Shown in pieces: positions 1-12,399 of a stretch of DNA of 64,000 nucleotides. The first letter of the stretch is position 1, and every line of letters begins with the position of its first letter. The stretch comes from Isurus oxyrinchus. Taxonomy: Eukaryota. A program made the translations under genes and the position numbers. The DNA lies in the NCBI GenBank assembly GCA_026770705.1, contig JANJGN010000012.1, positions 112,282,001 through 112,346,000 of the forward strand, given 5' to 3'. The notes beneath the pieces are model-generated. The model did not search any database. It was given only the letters and a program-made list of their open reading frames with translations, and was not told where the DNA came from.

Positions 1-125
1 AGTATGTGGGGGAAAGGCAGGGAGATGGGCTTAGATCAGATAGTTCCAACTGAAGAGTTAACACTGACAAAGGCACAATGAACTGAATAGTCTCCTTGTG
101 TGCTGTGATTTCTATGGGACACACA
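1..125 (+). mobile_element. Degenerate CR1 LINE 3' tail fragment
   Basis: gggaaaggcagggagatgg...gcacaatgaactgaatagtctccttgtgtgctgtgatttctatg resembles the CR1 3' ends seen at 8.8 kb and 51.7 kb. Confidence 0.5.
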
Positions 126-1389
126 TAATGTTCATGATGAGCAGCATCCAAATTCATTGTTGGGTTTAACAAGCATGAAATAAAGCTTTTATATTTTGCT
201 GAAGCTTACTGTCAAGCAACGATAGCAAATTTAAAAAAATGCACTTTTGGAAATGTATCTGAGCATATGTATGTGAGATTTTATGTATGTGAGATTTTAT
301 GTATGTGTAATATATATGTGTTCTCCATGGACAAATATCTACTGTCACTAGTCAGCTTTCTTATTAGACAGAAAACTATCAATCAATGTCTAACAAAAGA
401 ACAATTATATGGGATCTAGTTGTCACGGCAATTCCCCATTCTCTGTACTCGACCTCGACCTTGACTACATCTCAATTACATTTTCTTCATTCATGGATCT
501 CACGCTGTCTCAGCCTTGCTAATATCAATCCTCCTCTGTTATGTGGTTAAGGCTCCCCTGAGTTCCAGCATGGTGTCCCTCCCATTCCCAGCTTGTATGT
601 CAGCCCTTTCTTCTCCCTGCTTCAGACATTATGCCCCCTCCCCACCACTGTATTCTTTCTCCTCCTCCAGTTCAGTTTTGATTCTTGGGATTTTCTCTTT
701 AACAGCCTAAGGCTATGCTCATTTTTTCACTCTAGCATCAGACTCTCATCCTTCCCTAGGTCTATTTCCTGGTTTGGTCTCTAACTCTTGTTCATAATAC
801 ATAGAAGAATCACACGGGCCATGAATATGGCTCATTGATTTCCAAGGTAGTTTATAGGAGGGCTGTTTTCTGCCTTTTTACTTTGACCACTGGGAAAATA
901 TAATGCAAATTTGGGTGTGATTCCTTGTGGTGGAGTCACATAATTACTCCAGATATGGATATTTCTTGTTGAGGTACAATTCTATGGATGCCAGTCCCTT
1001 TCATTTACTTCACTTATTGTTTATATGTGAATCTTGACAGTGAGCATCTGCAGGCAACTTAGTCGCTACTGATCATTACACCCAAGCCTGGGCTTCTGCT
1101 CAATCGATATCCACAACAGCCAGCTGGGATGATTGGATGGCTTATTTCACCACTTTGTAATTTGAGGCCCTGAGGATAATTATAGTGTAGCTGTTCCTCA
1201 GACACCTGTTCTCTAAATAAATCTGTAAATCAGTGATGGAGTTTGGTACAGCAATTTGTCATTGACAATTGTGTTTTACATCATCCTGCCTTTTAGTTTG
1301 TTTCAAGGTTAGAATATTGTCACATTGTAATTGATTTTATTGCAGCAAGATGTCTTGCAGTTTCTAATTTCACTGTTTTGAATTAATAG

Positions 1390-1940
1390 GTTATTTTGAG
1401 ACTTCAGCATTTGCCACAGATTACCGGATTCTGGGTTTTCGGGAATGCTTATCTGAAGTTGCCAGATATCTCAGTGTGACTGAGGGATTAGATCATTCTG
1501 ATCCTTTGAAAGCTCGCCTGGTGTCACATTTAAACACATGTGCATCACAGAGAGAAGTTGTAATTGTCGAGAATAGCCATCAGCTCCTGAGTGCCGGATA
1601 TCCTCACCAGCTTGCACTGACCTCTCTATCTCATTTCAGTGTTGAAGCTCCTGCACATAGCTTTCCTCCTGTAGAACAGAGTCATCACAAAGAATCAATG
1701 CTCAGCAGTATCCATCTCGAACAGTTAAATAAATTGGCCCCCACAGGTTGTGTGGTCCCCATTCTGACAAATGCTGCACATGTGCCATCTTCAATATTTT
1801 CAGTTTCTCCTCTGTCAGCCATACAGTTCCCATTTTCCATGGATCCTCTGCCTGTACTGCCAGCTGCTGCTGCCCGACCTCCAGTGCAAGCTGTAAAAAG
1901 TGGGAAACACTTCTGGGCTACAGAAGTGGGGGCTTTTTAA
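1390..1940 (+). CDS. Terminal coding exon of a Hey-family (hairy/E(spl)-related, HEY1/HEY2-like) bHLH-Orange transcription factor; upstream bHLH exons lie outside the window
   Basis: Acceptor taatag|gt at 1388-1389 (phase 1, as in Hey genes). Reads (G)YFETSAFATDYRILGFRECLSEVARYLSVTEGLDHSDPLKARLVSHLNTCASQRE (Orange domain) and ends KHFWATEVGAF*, the Hey TE(I/V)GAF terminus. Paralog identity is unresolved. Confidence 0.93.
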
Positions 1941-2792
1941 TTTGAATGTGTGTTTATTGTTTTAGAAGGTCAAATGACAAGATTTTACAGAAATCACATT
2001 AAAGTTTGCATTATGCATACAATTTAATGTACACTTCATGATATAGTAACTACGGCTCTGTTAAAGTCAAACGTCTTTATTATAAACTCAATGCAAAGGA
2101 AAACAGTTTTCATTTGATGGGATCATCTCATCAATCTTTGGCTTACTTTAAGGACTTTTAATGGTGCCTTAGCTGACAGCAGGGAAACATTAATTATAAC
2201 AAAAAATTGCAATAATGAGTTTCAAATGTATGTAATTTATTATATATGACTGGAAAAGTCTTACTTTTTATATTGCATGAAATGATGACTCGTGAGTTAT
2301 TAGAGTTTGATAAGAGTTACAATTAAGAGTGTTCAACAGCTCCGTGTGTAATAATACTAACCACTGCAAAGCAACAAGTTCCCAGGTTTGGTTCCTGTCT
2401 GAGCTGAATTACAGTAGGCCTCCTGTCCCCTGAACTAGGAAAGGGAAAAGCCAGCAGTTTTCAAACTCTGAAGCTATGGGGATAAGGTACCAGAGGGTTG
2501 CTGGTTCCTATGAAGCTTCCTTCTTGTGAAATACTGCCTTCATGAAAAACTTACAGCCAGATGTTAAACTAATTGCCTGGACTGGTATAAATACTATTTT
2601 AAGAGAGCTGAATATACCTACCATCTGACATTTACTAATAGGGGTTCTACGATCCCCATTGCAAATTCTGCAATGTCCAGTTGAGGTGTCTATCATTCAG
2701 GTGTTGAGACAAGAGTACCCTCTAGTGTTCCACTTCCTTACTGCAAGTTTGTCAACACACCTGTTCCTATTTGGAAATTTAAGTTCAGCCAT

Positions 2793-2907
2793 ATAACTCT
2801 TTCGAGTACAAACCCGTTTCCATCTGTTTCAGATGAAGTTACATTGTTTCATAGTTTGCCATTGTGAGATTTGAACTCTTGATCTTGGGGTTACAAACCC
2901 AGTACCA
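2793..2907 (-). mobile_element. Short, 5'-truncated tRNA-derived retroposon (SINE-like) with a 13-bp TSD
   Basis: TAAGTTCAGCCAT is duplicated at 2780-2792 and 2908-2920. The minus strand has an anticodon-like arm (ctgggtTTGTAAcccc) and a B box (gagttcaaatc). Confidence 0.75.
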
Positions 2908-3439
2908 TAAGTTCAGCCATGTAGTGCAATTAATTTTCTGAGTGCTTGTTATGCAAATGGCCTTCCTCCTTGGTCAAGATTAACCCCCCCAATATATGTA
3001 ATGATTGATGATAAACACACTGTGTCCATTGGTTAAAGTTATTTATCACTATATCTAATGATGAATATTAAACCCTCTCCCCAGTGTTTTTAACAACTGA
3101 AGTTAATGCCACCACAGTCAATACTTGATATGGGTGTATCTAAATAGCTACTGAATAAGTCTATCCATGATATCACAGGAAAAATTATTTTCTTTTGTGA
3201 AACCACAGAATGGAATTGCACTAAATTTCATAGCACACATGCTATTGTGCAGTACCCAAATAATGTCTGCAATTTTTAACTCATGCACAACAGTGTGCTA
3301 AAAGAATATTTATCTTAAATTAGAGGTACACGGGTGATATCTTTAACACCATCCACTGTATTTCTTAAAGTGACTTAGATACAACACATGGCTACAAATA
3401 ATTGGGTCAAAAATTACATCAATCCTCTTTACACTTATG

Positions 3440-4050
3440 TCCCGACATCACCACGCGTCATTTTGATCTTCAGTTTGGCGGGCACGCACTGAGGTCAGCT
3501 GTGCGCCAGCCGAACTATCAAAGGCCTGTTAAGGCCATTAATTAAATAATTAAAATGATTGTCAGGGCTGCCCATCCAGCCTTAAGGTTGGTGGGCAGAC
3601 GCAGAGCCCAGGTGGCCTTCGCATTTCTCACGAAACCTCATCCATGGGTGGGATGAGGTTTCATGAAGGGTTTATAAATTAAATAAAATTTTTTATTAAA
3701 ATTCATAAACATGTCCCAGCTCATATGACACTGTCACATGAGGGGACATGGTTTTTAACATCTTTTGAACTGAACTTAATCTCCCCGAGGCACGGAACTG
3801 CCTCAGGGAGATTCCTGCGCTCTTTTGCGCGCGTGCACGATGGAGCACAGGCCTCAACTCTCCGTCCTCCCCCCTCCCACACAGGTAGCGTTCAGTGCTT
3901 CCAGGTGCACGTCACGCTGGGCAGGCCTTAATTGGCCCACCCACGTAAAATGGTGGCACACAACCGATCACGGGTGGCGATTGGCTCTGCGCCCGCCCAC
4001 ACCCGCACCCGCTCCCGACTAGCTCGCCCAACGGGGAGAAAATTCTCCCC
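3440..4050 (+). mobile_element. Harbinger-type MITE (about 650-bp family), left end eroded
   Basis: Right TIR gaaaattctccc; internal hairpins shared with the copies at 52334, 54077 and 60973. Confidence 0.75.
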
Positions 4051-4052
4051 AA

Positions 4053-4157
4053 TGTTTCAGGTGAAGTTCTGATGAAAGGTCGTCAACCTGAAATGTAACT
4101 CAGTTGCTTTCTCCACAATCCTGACCTGCTGAGTATTTCTGGCATTTTCTGATTGTA
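4053..4157 (+). mobile_element. Penelope pseudo-LTR fragment with a minimal hammerhead motif
   Basis: agttCTGATGAaaggtcgtcaacctGAAAtgtaact followed by ctgacctgctgagtatttctggcattttctg, like the tails of the young Penelope copies. Confidence 0.65.
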
Positions 4158-5549
4158 GTACTGGTTTGAGCCTGCCCGACTTCATTCCACATAGGATCTT
4201 TACAGCCAGCAGATAGAGGAGACTTTCATCCCAATTGTTGAGGCTGGATTGGAGCCAGATCCTGGAAGTGAAAGTCCAGTATCTACGCACTGACTGGCTC
4301 TGCTAAATTTTTAAAAAAATTGTTAACTCCTTGAACTTGAGAGGAAATGAATTCTTTGTTGTTACTGTGGAATGTGTGACATTTTTTTCTTGGTTGCGAT
4401 CATTTCAGTGCGCCAATTGACTGAATTTAAAAAAATACTCATGCAGTGGCACAAAATGGTACTTTACACCCGAAAACAGATGCATGTCATGCCTCCCTAG
4501 GTAACAGCAGTACACACACACAAAATTTCATTTCTCCACTCCCAACATCAATATTAATACAAAAGCAAAGCAAATATTGGCAAACTTTCAAATGCTCCCA
4601 ATAAATATTGGTTCACTCCCAGGGACTCCCTGGAAATGCTGATATCTATTCAGGAACTCCCCACCCCAATATTGCCACACTTCTGGCGATATCTTGAAAT
4701 ATTGATACACTCCTGGCTTTTTTTGTTATATCTGAGTTTGTCAGGCAAAAAAAAAACATTATATCTCAGATTTATCGGTATGCAGCAACAATTGTTATTA
4801 AAAACAAGTGTAGAAACCTGACGATCACAGAGACTGGATTTCCTCATACGTCCACTAAGTGCTACATTAGGGCTAGTATTGTGGCCTTCATAGCCTACGC
4901 AACTCAATCCTATTTGTGCTGACATTTCTTATTTTGTTGTGGGGGGACCTTGTTTGAATTCTGTGGATCTGGAGGTTTGAAAAGGCCTGTTTGCCTTCTT
5001 TGTGGATAAGTTCTAAATGAGTAAATCAAGATAAGTCAGTATCAGCCACTTGGGATATGTGCTATATGTGTTTAACCTTCATTGCCCACAAAAGCAAAAC
5101 CTTGCTCTAGTCTAGAGATTTCAGTTCAAAATGTATAATTTAAGGCCCAATGTTCAAGAATAACCTGCTGATCAATGCATCTCCCTTCCATTCATATTGA
5201 GTATATGAGTAAAAGTTCTATTTTCTGACAAAACACAAGTATTCATGTTGTAGGATAAATCTTATGAATGTGTGTTACTGGTACATTCCTGGAAGCAGCC
5301 TACATTAATCAAGTGGTTATTTTTGAATGTTTCTAAAGCATTTTCTTCTAAATAAAAATGATCTTGACAAAATTCATCACATTGTGTTTTATTTAATTAA
5401 AAAAATTACTATTGTGATACTGTGGATGAGTAGTCAATAGTTTAGACTATCACACTAATGCATTGAATGTCACCAATGGTAATTTCTAGGCAATGGGCTT
5501 TAAATTTCTTCCATGATGTATAAATTCCTTTATGAACTGTTTAGTCTTT

Positions 5550-5917
5550 CGTGGGATGTGGACATCACTGGCAAGACCAGCATTTGTTGCCCATTCCTAA
5601 TTGCCCTGGAACTGAAAGGTTAATTTCAGAGGGCAATTAAGAGTCAACCACATTGCTGTGGGTCTGGAGTTACATGTAGGCCAGGCCAGACCAGTTAAGG
5701 ATGGCAGATTTCCTTCCCTAAAGGACATCGGTGAACCAGATGGGTTTTTATAACAATCCATGATAGTTTCATGATCACCATTACTGAACTTGCTTTCAAT
5801 TCCAGATTTTATTGATTGAACTTAAATTCCATGGTGGAATTTGAACCCATAGCCCCAGTGCATTAGCCTGGATTTCAGGATTAACTAGTCCAGTTTCATT
5901 ACCATTACACCACCATA
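5550..5917 (-). mobile_element. tRNA-derived SINE sharing both its 5' head/body and its 3' tail with the LINE at 16725-19290
   Basis: Minus strand: A box-like tggtgtaatgg, B box ggttcaaattcc, body, then tail gggcaattaggaatgggcaacaaatgctggtcttgccagtgatgtccacatcccac. Confidence 0.8.
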
Positions 5918-6859
5918 TGCTGTTTTCAAAATTATTCAAAAGCTTAAAAGGAATAAATGAATTAACATCAGGGTTAAAATAGCTCACAAAGAACTTTAGC
6001 CGAACAGTACACAAAGTCAAAGTGAACCCAGTGATGTTTTGTACATGGAAATCTGATGTATGTAATTATTGTAGTTATTGTAAAGTTTTTAAAATAAATG
6101 GATGCTCAGTTTGTAATACAAAATTCCAGTTCCCATTTGGCATCATATCGGCTCCTAATGATAGTGGTTTTAGAACAGACCTAGAAACTAATTGAATGGA
6201 AGATGCCAACATATTTGGCACCTTGATATTTAATACAGTTCACAAAATGAATGGGTTGTGCACTACGGCCCTGACATTAACTTGGAGCAGCAGTGGGTGT
6301 GGGAGTCCGATATCGCATGGGAAATGGAGGAGTAAGTTCAGCACATCTGTATGTGGCAAGTTAGCACAGCGCCTCGTTGCACAGAATTTTCCGTGCCCTC
6401 TGGCGTCAGGCGTGCTCGATGGCATGAGCGGATAATATGGTGAGAAAGCGAGAAATCGGTTTCAAGACATCGTGAAACCAATTTGTGATCGTCCGCTCAG
6501 CCCATCGCTGGTGGGCTGTGTTCCCCACTATCGAACGTCGAGAACCTGATTGTGATACATCTGTTTATCATTATCAGGCCAGCCCGCCAGAATCATCCCC
6601 TCCGCTGTTGGATCGTCCGCCCACATCGGTGTGATTGTACGCCGATGCAGAACACGTCTTGACAAGTGTGAATTGCTGAAATCTGGGCTTACCACTAGGG
6701 CTTTGCTCACCTCGCAGACATCCAAGGAACAGACAATGCTGGAGCCCGACAGCAACTGCACACTGGAGGAATGTCCATGGCAAGCTGGGTGGATTCTCAT
6801 GGATATGGAAGTTGGAAAGTCACGGTTGATTCTCACAACGGATGAAGATCGAGGGAGTG

Positions 6860-7700
6860 GGCGAGTAAGGACTAGGATCGACTGGGAGAGGAAGAGGTGT
6901 CAGGATGGGGTGAGGTTGGGAGGCGGGAAATGAAGGTGTCAGGATGGGGTGAGGATAGAAGGGGGAAGGAAGGTGTCGGGGGAGGTTAGGAGGGGAGGGG
7001 TGTATGGAGGGAGGAGGGGGTCATGGGGGAAGACGGCAGCTGGGGGGGTAAGGTTAAGGGAGGTGGAAGGTGTAAGGGAAGGAGTTTGGTGAGGGGGAGG
7101 AGTGTGGAAAAGGGAAGGAAGCCGGGGGGTTGGAGGGGGGGTGGATGGTGGTGGTGGTGGTGGGGGTGGTGATGGGAGGAGGGAGTGCAGAGACAGGAGG
7201 GAGTCCCATGGGAGGAAGGAGTGCGGAGAAGGGAGGGAGTATGGCTGGAGGGAGAAATAAGGTTGGAGGGAGGAGTCAGGAAGGCGGAAGGACTAAGGGT
7301 GGAGTAAGATGTAAAGCTGGGGGAAGAAGTAAGGGAGTCTGAAGGAGTCAGGAAGAGGGAAAGAGTAAGTGGAGGTGGAGTCCGAGGGGGCAGCGTGGGT
7401 AGAACCAAGGGGGGAGGGAGTCTGGGGAGCGAAGGGGTTCCAAGTGGGGAAGGGGTCCAGAAGGAGGGGGATGTCCAAGTGAACATGCAAGGGAGGGCTC
7501 TGATGAGTCCATGACTGCCCCCTGGGGACAGAACTGAGGTTGGATGTGGTAATGAAGGTGGAGGAGGGAATGGTGAGAAAGGTTGTGGCTGGTAGGTCAT
7601 GGAGGCGAGGTGGAAGGTGATGCCACAGGGGTCAAAAGTGATGGGCAAAGGAAATGGGTGACTGGGGGAGGAGAAAAGAAAAGGGAGTGCACGAGGAACC
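6860..7700. repeat. G/A-rich low-complexity tract inside the Harbinger element
   Basis: Nearly all purines on the + strand with many GGG/GGGG runs; source of the spurious Pro/Ser/Leu-rich 240-aa ORF. Confidence 0.85.
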
Positions 7701-8408
7701 GAATCCACACCATGCTGTCTAAATCGAATGTGAAACGACCTCGTGGTGGGTCAGATCAGGTGCTGAAAGGGGGTGTGATCATTGGGTGGGTGGAGATGCA
7801 GGTCAACTCAGGTGGTCAACTGAAAGCGAATCCCAGCAAACAGCATTGGAAATGCTTAGGACATTGAGGTGAATGTCCGACGTGATGGATCAGCATGGGT
7901 GGGCTCTGAAAGGCCCTGCCACACACATACATTTTCCTCCAGAATCACTCGTTGGCCAGCTGCTCCCTCTGCGGTGACAGAGGCTGAGGTTGAGGGGCTT
8001 ACAGACAAAGTTTGAAGGAGAGGACAGCCTCTGAGATTCCTGAGTGGATGACCCAGGGGTGTCCAGCTGCAGCTGCTCCTCCCTTCAGGAGCCCGGGGAC
8101 CCCGGCCTGACTCCTTGAGGTGAAGGGGCACCTGGAGGAACATTGAGGTGTCCCGTTTCTCTCTCGTGCTGCCACTGCAGGAACTCACCCATGGCACCCA
8201 CGATTGAGTGCAGGTCTGCACACTTCTCTACATTCTGCTGGACCAGGGTCTCCATGGTGTCCGCCATCCCTCCCGTGGAGATCTCCATACATGCACATGT
8301 GGGCACCATGTCATCAGAGAGCAGGCAGATGTCTCTCTCCGACTCACATGCCACTCTGTTGAGGGCTTCCAACAGCTCTGTGTGATGTTCCCCCACCTTC
8401 ACCAGATT

Positions 8409-8884
8409 GATTCCAGAGATGCCGGGCTTGTCTTATGAGGAGAGATTGAGCAGATTAGGCCTATACTTAGAAGGAGGAGAGGAAACCTAATTGAGATATA
8501 TAAGATGCTAAAGGGGATAGACAATGACGTGGAGCAGATATTTCCCCTTGTGGGGCATTCTAGAATGAGAGGCTGTAGTTTTAGGCCAAGGGGTGGTAGA
8601 TTTAAATCAGAGATGAAGAGGAATTACTTTTCTCAAAGGGTCTTGAATCTGTGGAATTCACTACCTCACAGTGCTGTGGATGCTGGGACGCTGAATAAAT
8701 ATAAGGAGGAGATAGACAGATTTTTAATTAGTAACAGGTTGAATGGTTATGGGGACAGGGTGGGAAATTGGAGTTGAGGCCGAAATAAGATCAGCCTCGA
8801 TCGTATTGAATGGCGGGGCAGGCTCAAGGGGCTGAATTGCCTACTCCTGCTCCTAGTTCTTATGTTGTTATGTTCTTATGTTCT
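8409..8884 (+). mobile_element. CR1 LINE 3' fragment nested in Harbinger copy 1
   Basis: ORF2 C-terminus ...EMKRNYFSQRVLNLWNSLP...DRFL; 3' UTR ends in (tcttatgt)n. Confidence 0.9.
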
Positions 8885-9989
8885 GCTGACTCTCCACACT
8901 GTGTTGGGAGGCTAAATCCAGAGGCTTGTCATGTGACTCAGACTTCACAGATGCCTCTTCCCCTGCTGTGCTTTAAGTGCCGGGGAGCTCAGCCAGATCT
9001 GCCTCCTCCTGCTGCGGACACGTGGCTGTGCAGTGACCATCAGATTGTGAACCCGAGCCTGATCTAGAGCTAGGTCCCACCAAGGAGTGTGTCTCTGTGC
9101 TGATGGATGGTGTGGGTAAGCGCTGTGACAGGTTTTCCAGACTGCTTATTTGTTCAATGGAGGAGGTGCTCTCTTGGCTGGAGGTGAGGACATGGATGGA
9201 GATGAGGGACTGGCTGGCTAAGGGTGTTGGTTGCTTGGCAGAGCTCCCTGTCAACCAAAGTAGAGATAATTAGTGCATGGCAGCAGAGTCAAAAGCAGGA
9301 GAGAGAGCACTCATAGTTGAGAGAAGGATGATGTGGTGCAGGATCGTCATGTGGATGTTCGCCGCTGACCTCACCGTCACCGCAGGCACAGCTCATGTCC
9401 TCGCCAATCAGTATGATAGCACACACCTCAAAATGAGTGAGGGGCCTAACGTGGGCCACTCCACCCCTGGTCTGGGACCTCTCCCTGCTGATGTGAGCCA
9501 GCTTCTCCTGCATAGAAACAGGTGGAGAGAGTGCGAGCAGGACACATGGCACTGCATGGAATGTTTGTGTGGTGAGCGGAGACATGGACAGGAACCATCC
9601 TGTCTCCAGTCCTGGGCTGGGAGCACTGAGGGGTGTGCACACAGCTGCACTTTAAATGTGGCGCCCGGCGTAATGAAATGGCGGGCAAATGAGAGCCCAT
9701 CCACCATGGAAACAGCATGGTTTCCGGGAATGCATAATTAATGCGGCAGGTTTAGAATGCTACGGCTTGAGAAGCTGCCACTGCGGCCTGCAAGTAAACC
9801 ATCATTTTACCCACCCGCTACCGCACTTAGTGCAAATCTGGGACAATTGCACCCATTATTAATTTACTTCCAGGTTTGGCATTGATTGCACGGCTGTAGA
9901 CGTGATGTGGACCTGCATGTCATGATCTGAACTCAAGTACTTTTAGGACAATCCAAAGATACAGTTTGAAGTAGTTAGGAGGTTTGGCA

Positions 9990-10240
9990 CAGAGACAGTA
10001 ATTTCATAATGGACTCAGGATGCTCAAAGGCTGGGCCTTGCTTGAATGATACCTTGCTTGATCTACTGCTGGGGTTGTTGAAGAGCAGGAGGGAAGTAAT
10101 CTTCCCAGCAACAGGAAAAATCTGTTACTGACACAAAGAAAGTGTGGCTGCAGGTGGCTGTAGCAGCCAGCAACAAAATTGTGCCGCAGTCTTTGATTCA
10201 GCATAGGAAGTCCTTAATGTCACAGCAGTTCAGGAAAGGT
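9990..10240 (+). pseudogene. Degenerate Myb/SANT-like exon of an older Harbinger element
   Basis: LLDLLLGLLKSRREVIFP...KVWLQVAVAASNKIVPQSLIQHRKS followed by donor aag|gtaagt; matches the W..VA..VS...RT..QC(R/K)K trihelix pattern. Confidence 0.55.
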
Positions 10241-10499
10241 AAGTACAATGGTACATTCACAAACATATTGCTGCTCATGTCACTCCTTCTCCTCATTTGC
10301 CTTGTCAAACCTATTTCCTCACATCATCCCTCACACTAATTTAACTTGCAGGTGCACCCATTGTTTTCCTATCCATGCACTTCCTCAAATTCTCATTTAT
10401 CCATCAAACGTTGTCACTCACAATTGAGTAATTTCATATCTATCTCTATGTAGCAACGTCACTGGCTGGGGGTTGCTAATCATGGCTGAGATCATGGTA

Positions 10500-10630
10500 A
10501 TACAATAGGGCAAGGGAAGAAGCCAGGTTCCAAGGATTACCTCAGCTGGCACAGGGATTGAACCCACACTATTGGCATTATTCTATACCACACACTAGCC
10601 ATCTCACCAACTGAGTTAACCAACTCCTCC
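10500..10630 (-). mobile_element. tRNA-derived SINE head fragment
   Basis: Minus strand: ggttaactcagttggtgagatggc (A box) ... gggttcaatccctg (B box). Confidence 0.55.
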
Positions 10631-11049
10631 CTGATTGCCGCTCCCACCAAATGCACTGCTCCATCAGGTGAACACATGCCCTTACATTCACTCATGAGTC
10701 TATTCTTCATCTGTTTTGAAGAAAACACATAACACCAGAGGTGGTCCTCCATAGCTGACAGCTGCAGAGGAGGAAGTGGGAAAGGTCAGTGGTATTTTAA
10801 TTGTTGGAGACAGAGAGCCAAGACCTCCCAGATACTTGGTGACACAATTAAACATCAGCAACCAATGTGTCATTTAACACTCAATCATGTTGGCTTGATT
10901 TGAACAGAGAGTGAAAAATAATCATCATAATGAGAAGTTGCAACGTACTTAACATGTCAGTACTAATTCATAGCTTTTCTTTCCGCCAGCACCTTCATAT
11001 GTGCAGCAGGAGTCTACAAATCTCACGGACGATGAATCCTCAGAGAAGC

Positions 11050-11560
11050 TGATTCCTTCTGAGGTTGCACCATCATAGGCCATCTGTTTAACATGCAGCA
11101 GCACAGATACTTACACTTCAGTGGGACCATCCAGACAAGTAGTTAGGTTTTCACCTGGTGACTTACACATCATATAAGTGAGCAAGAACAGATGATGGTG
11201 GCAGGGACAACTTTGGAGAAAGTCGGAGAGTGCACCTCTCTCCAAGTTCTGCTCAGCTGGACACAGATGCTGTATCCCTGGGGGCCATCGCTGAAAAGGA
11301 TAATCATTGAGCAAAAGAAGAGAACGTGCGATGTACTGACAGGCCATCCAAGCACACTGGCTACGTTTACAGAGGGAAGCAAAGAGTCCACCTCAGACAT
11401 GAATGGGTATTGCTGGGCATTATGATAATATCTTCTTGCATGGTTAGAGTGGTCAACTCCAAGGACCATCAAATGCTGCAATCAAATGAGTTCATCCACA
11501 CCTTAACTATAGCCGTGTACTCTCTGGAGACCAAGATGTCTGCAATGTTCCCTTCAAGCT
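11050..11560 (-). pseudogene. Highly degenerate Harbinger (HARBI1-like) transposase remnant
   Basis: Frameshifted motifs VLG.PVSTSHV (cf. V.GAIDCTHV), QGYSICVQL (cf. KG.HSINVQL), CPCHHHLFLL (cf. PGS.HD.FIL); convergent with the Myb remnant at 10.0-10.2 kb. Confidence 0.5.
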
Positions 11561-12399
11561 GGCTAGAAAGTACTGTGCAGCAAAATACCCTCTTTTTTTT
11601 GTGTGTGTGTTATATGACGCTTTAAAATTTTGCACAGCCATGCACGAACAGTTGCTTAAAGAGGCCAACTTGTTCTTGGCTTACATGGGGATTTTTGTAT
11701 TGCTGAATGGCCACATGGTGGCAGAGCTTAGAGAGAGCATTACCGTGCAGTGAAACAAGCAGGTGGCGCACAACTAATGTTCACTTTCAGCTCCATATGT
11801 GCACAGCTAGATTCTGCAACCACCTCAACCTGAAGAGAACTTAAAGGGAAAATTGCATGTCTGCCACCTTAAATAAGATGATAACAAACTTAACCTTTTC
11901 CCTGCAGCACTGCACTGATAAGCACCAAAGTTCCCTGCAGCAGTGAAGCATGGCTGGCCTAAGAGAGGAATGACGTCAAAAGGGAATGTAGAAGTGAAAA
12001 CTCTACACAAAGTGCTTCCACTTCTCATCTATTTCACTTCTCAGTCAGTACCTGACATATTGCCTGGTGTCCCAATAGCTGAGTCTGTCCTTGAAAAGGT
12101 GCTGGTGGAACTATCTTTAGTGGGGCCCTTAGTTCCTACAAAACCCAGAAGTCATCAGCCAAGAGTATCTTGTCAGCTTGCCTCTTCATCTGCTGAAGCC
12201 ACAGGTGTGGAAGCACATGGGAGTGGTAGGACAAAGAACAGCAAAACAATGTAGTTACAAAAGGCTAGATATGTGGATGAATAGGAAGTGTTATGTTGCG
12301 AATGTGTTCTTTAGTAGAATTACATACATTTTATACTTTTGCACCACTTACCCATATTGCTCATTTTTGGTTGTTGGGAGGTAAAACACCTTTTAACTT

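Larger units (their letters stand above)
6379..9854 (-). mobile_element. Non-autonomous PIF/Harbinger DNA transposon, copy 1; contains a purine-rich tract and a CR1 insertion
   Basis: Termini gcacagaatttt...caattgcaccc, degenerate 3-bp TSD gtt/att. Colinear, in reverse orientation, with 22903-25591. Confidence 0.8.

Noticed and set aside
268-306. Short tandem duplication (atgtatgtgagatttt) and similar short repeats at 19130 and 24865
   Set aside because: Ordinary slippage repeats; no repeat-spacer array, so no CRISPR-like structure.
1476-1940. ORF-track start at 1476 as a standalone 154-aa protein
   Set aside because: The GTG is internal; the exon begins at the 1390 acceptor.
2340-2500. Possible ancient LF-SINE-like fragment in the Hey 3' region (similar traces at about 1000-1200 and 42150-42400)
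   Set aside because: Too degenerate to assign by eye; needs a Dfam search.
6986-7708. 240-aa Pro/Ser/Leu-rich ORF
   Set aside because: Translation of the low-complexity pyrimidine strand inside a transposon; no domain.
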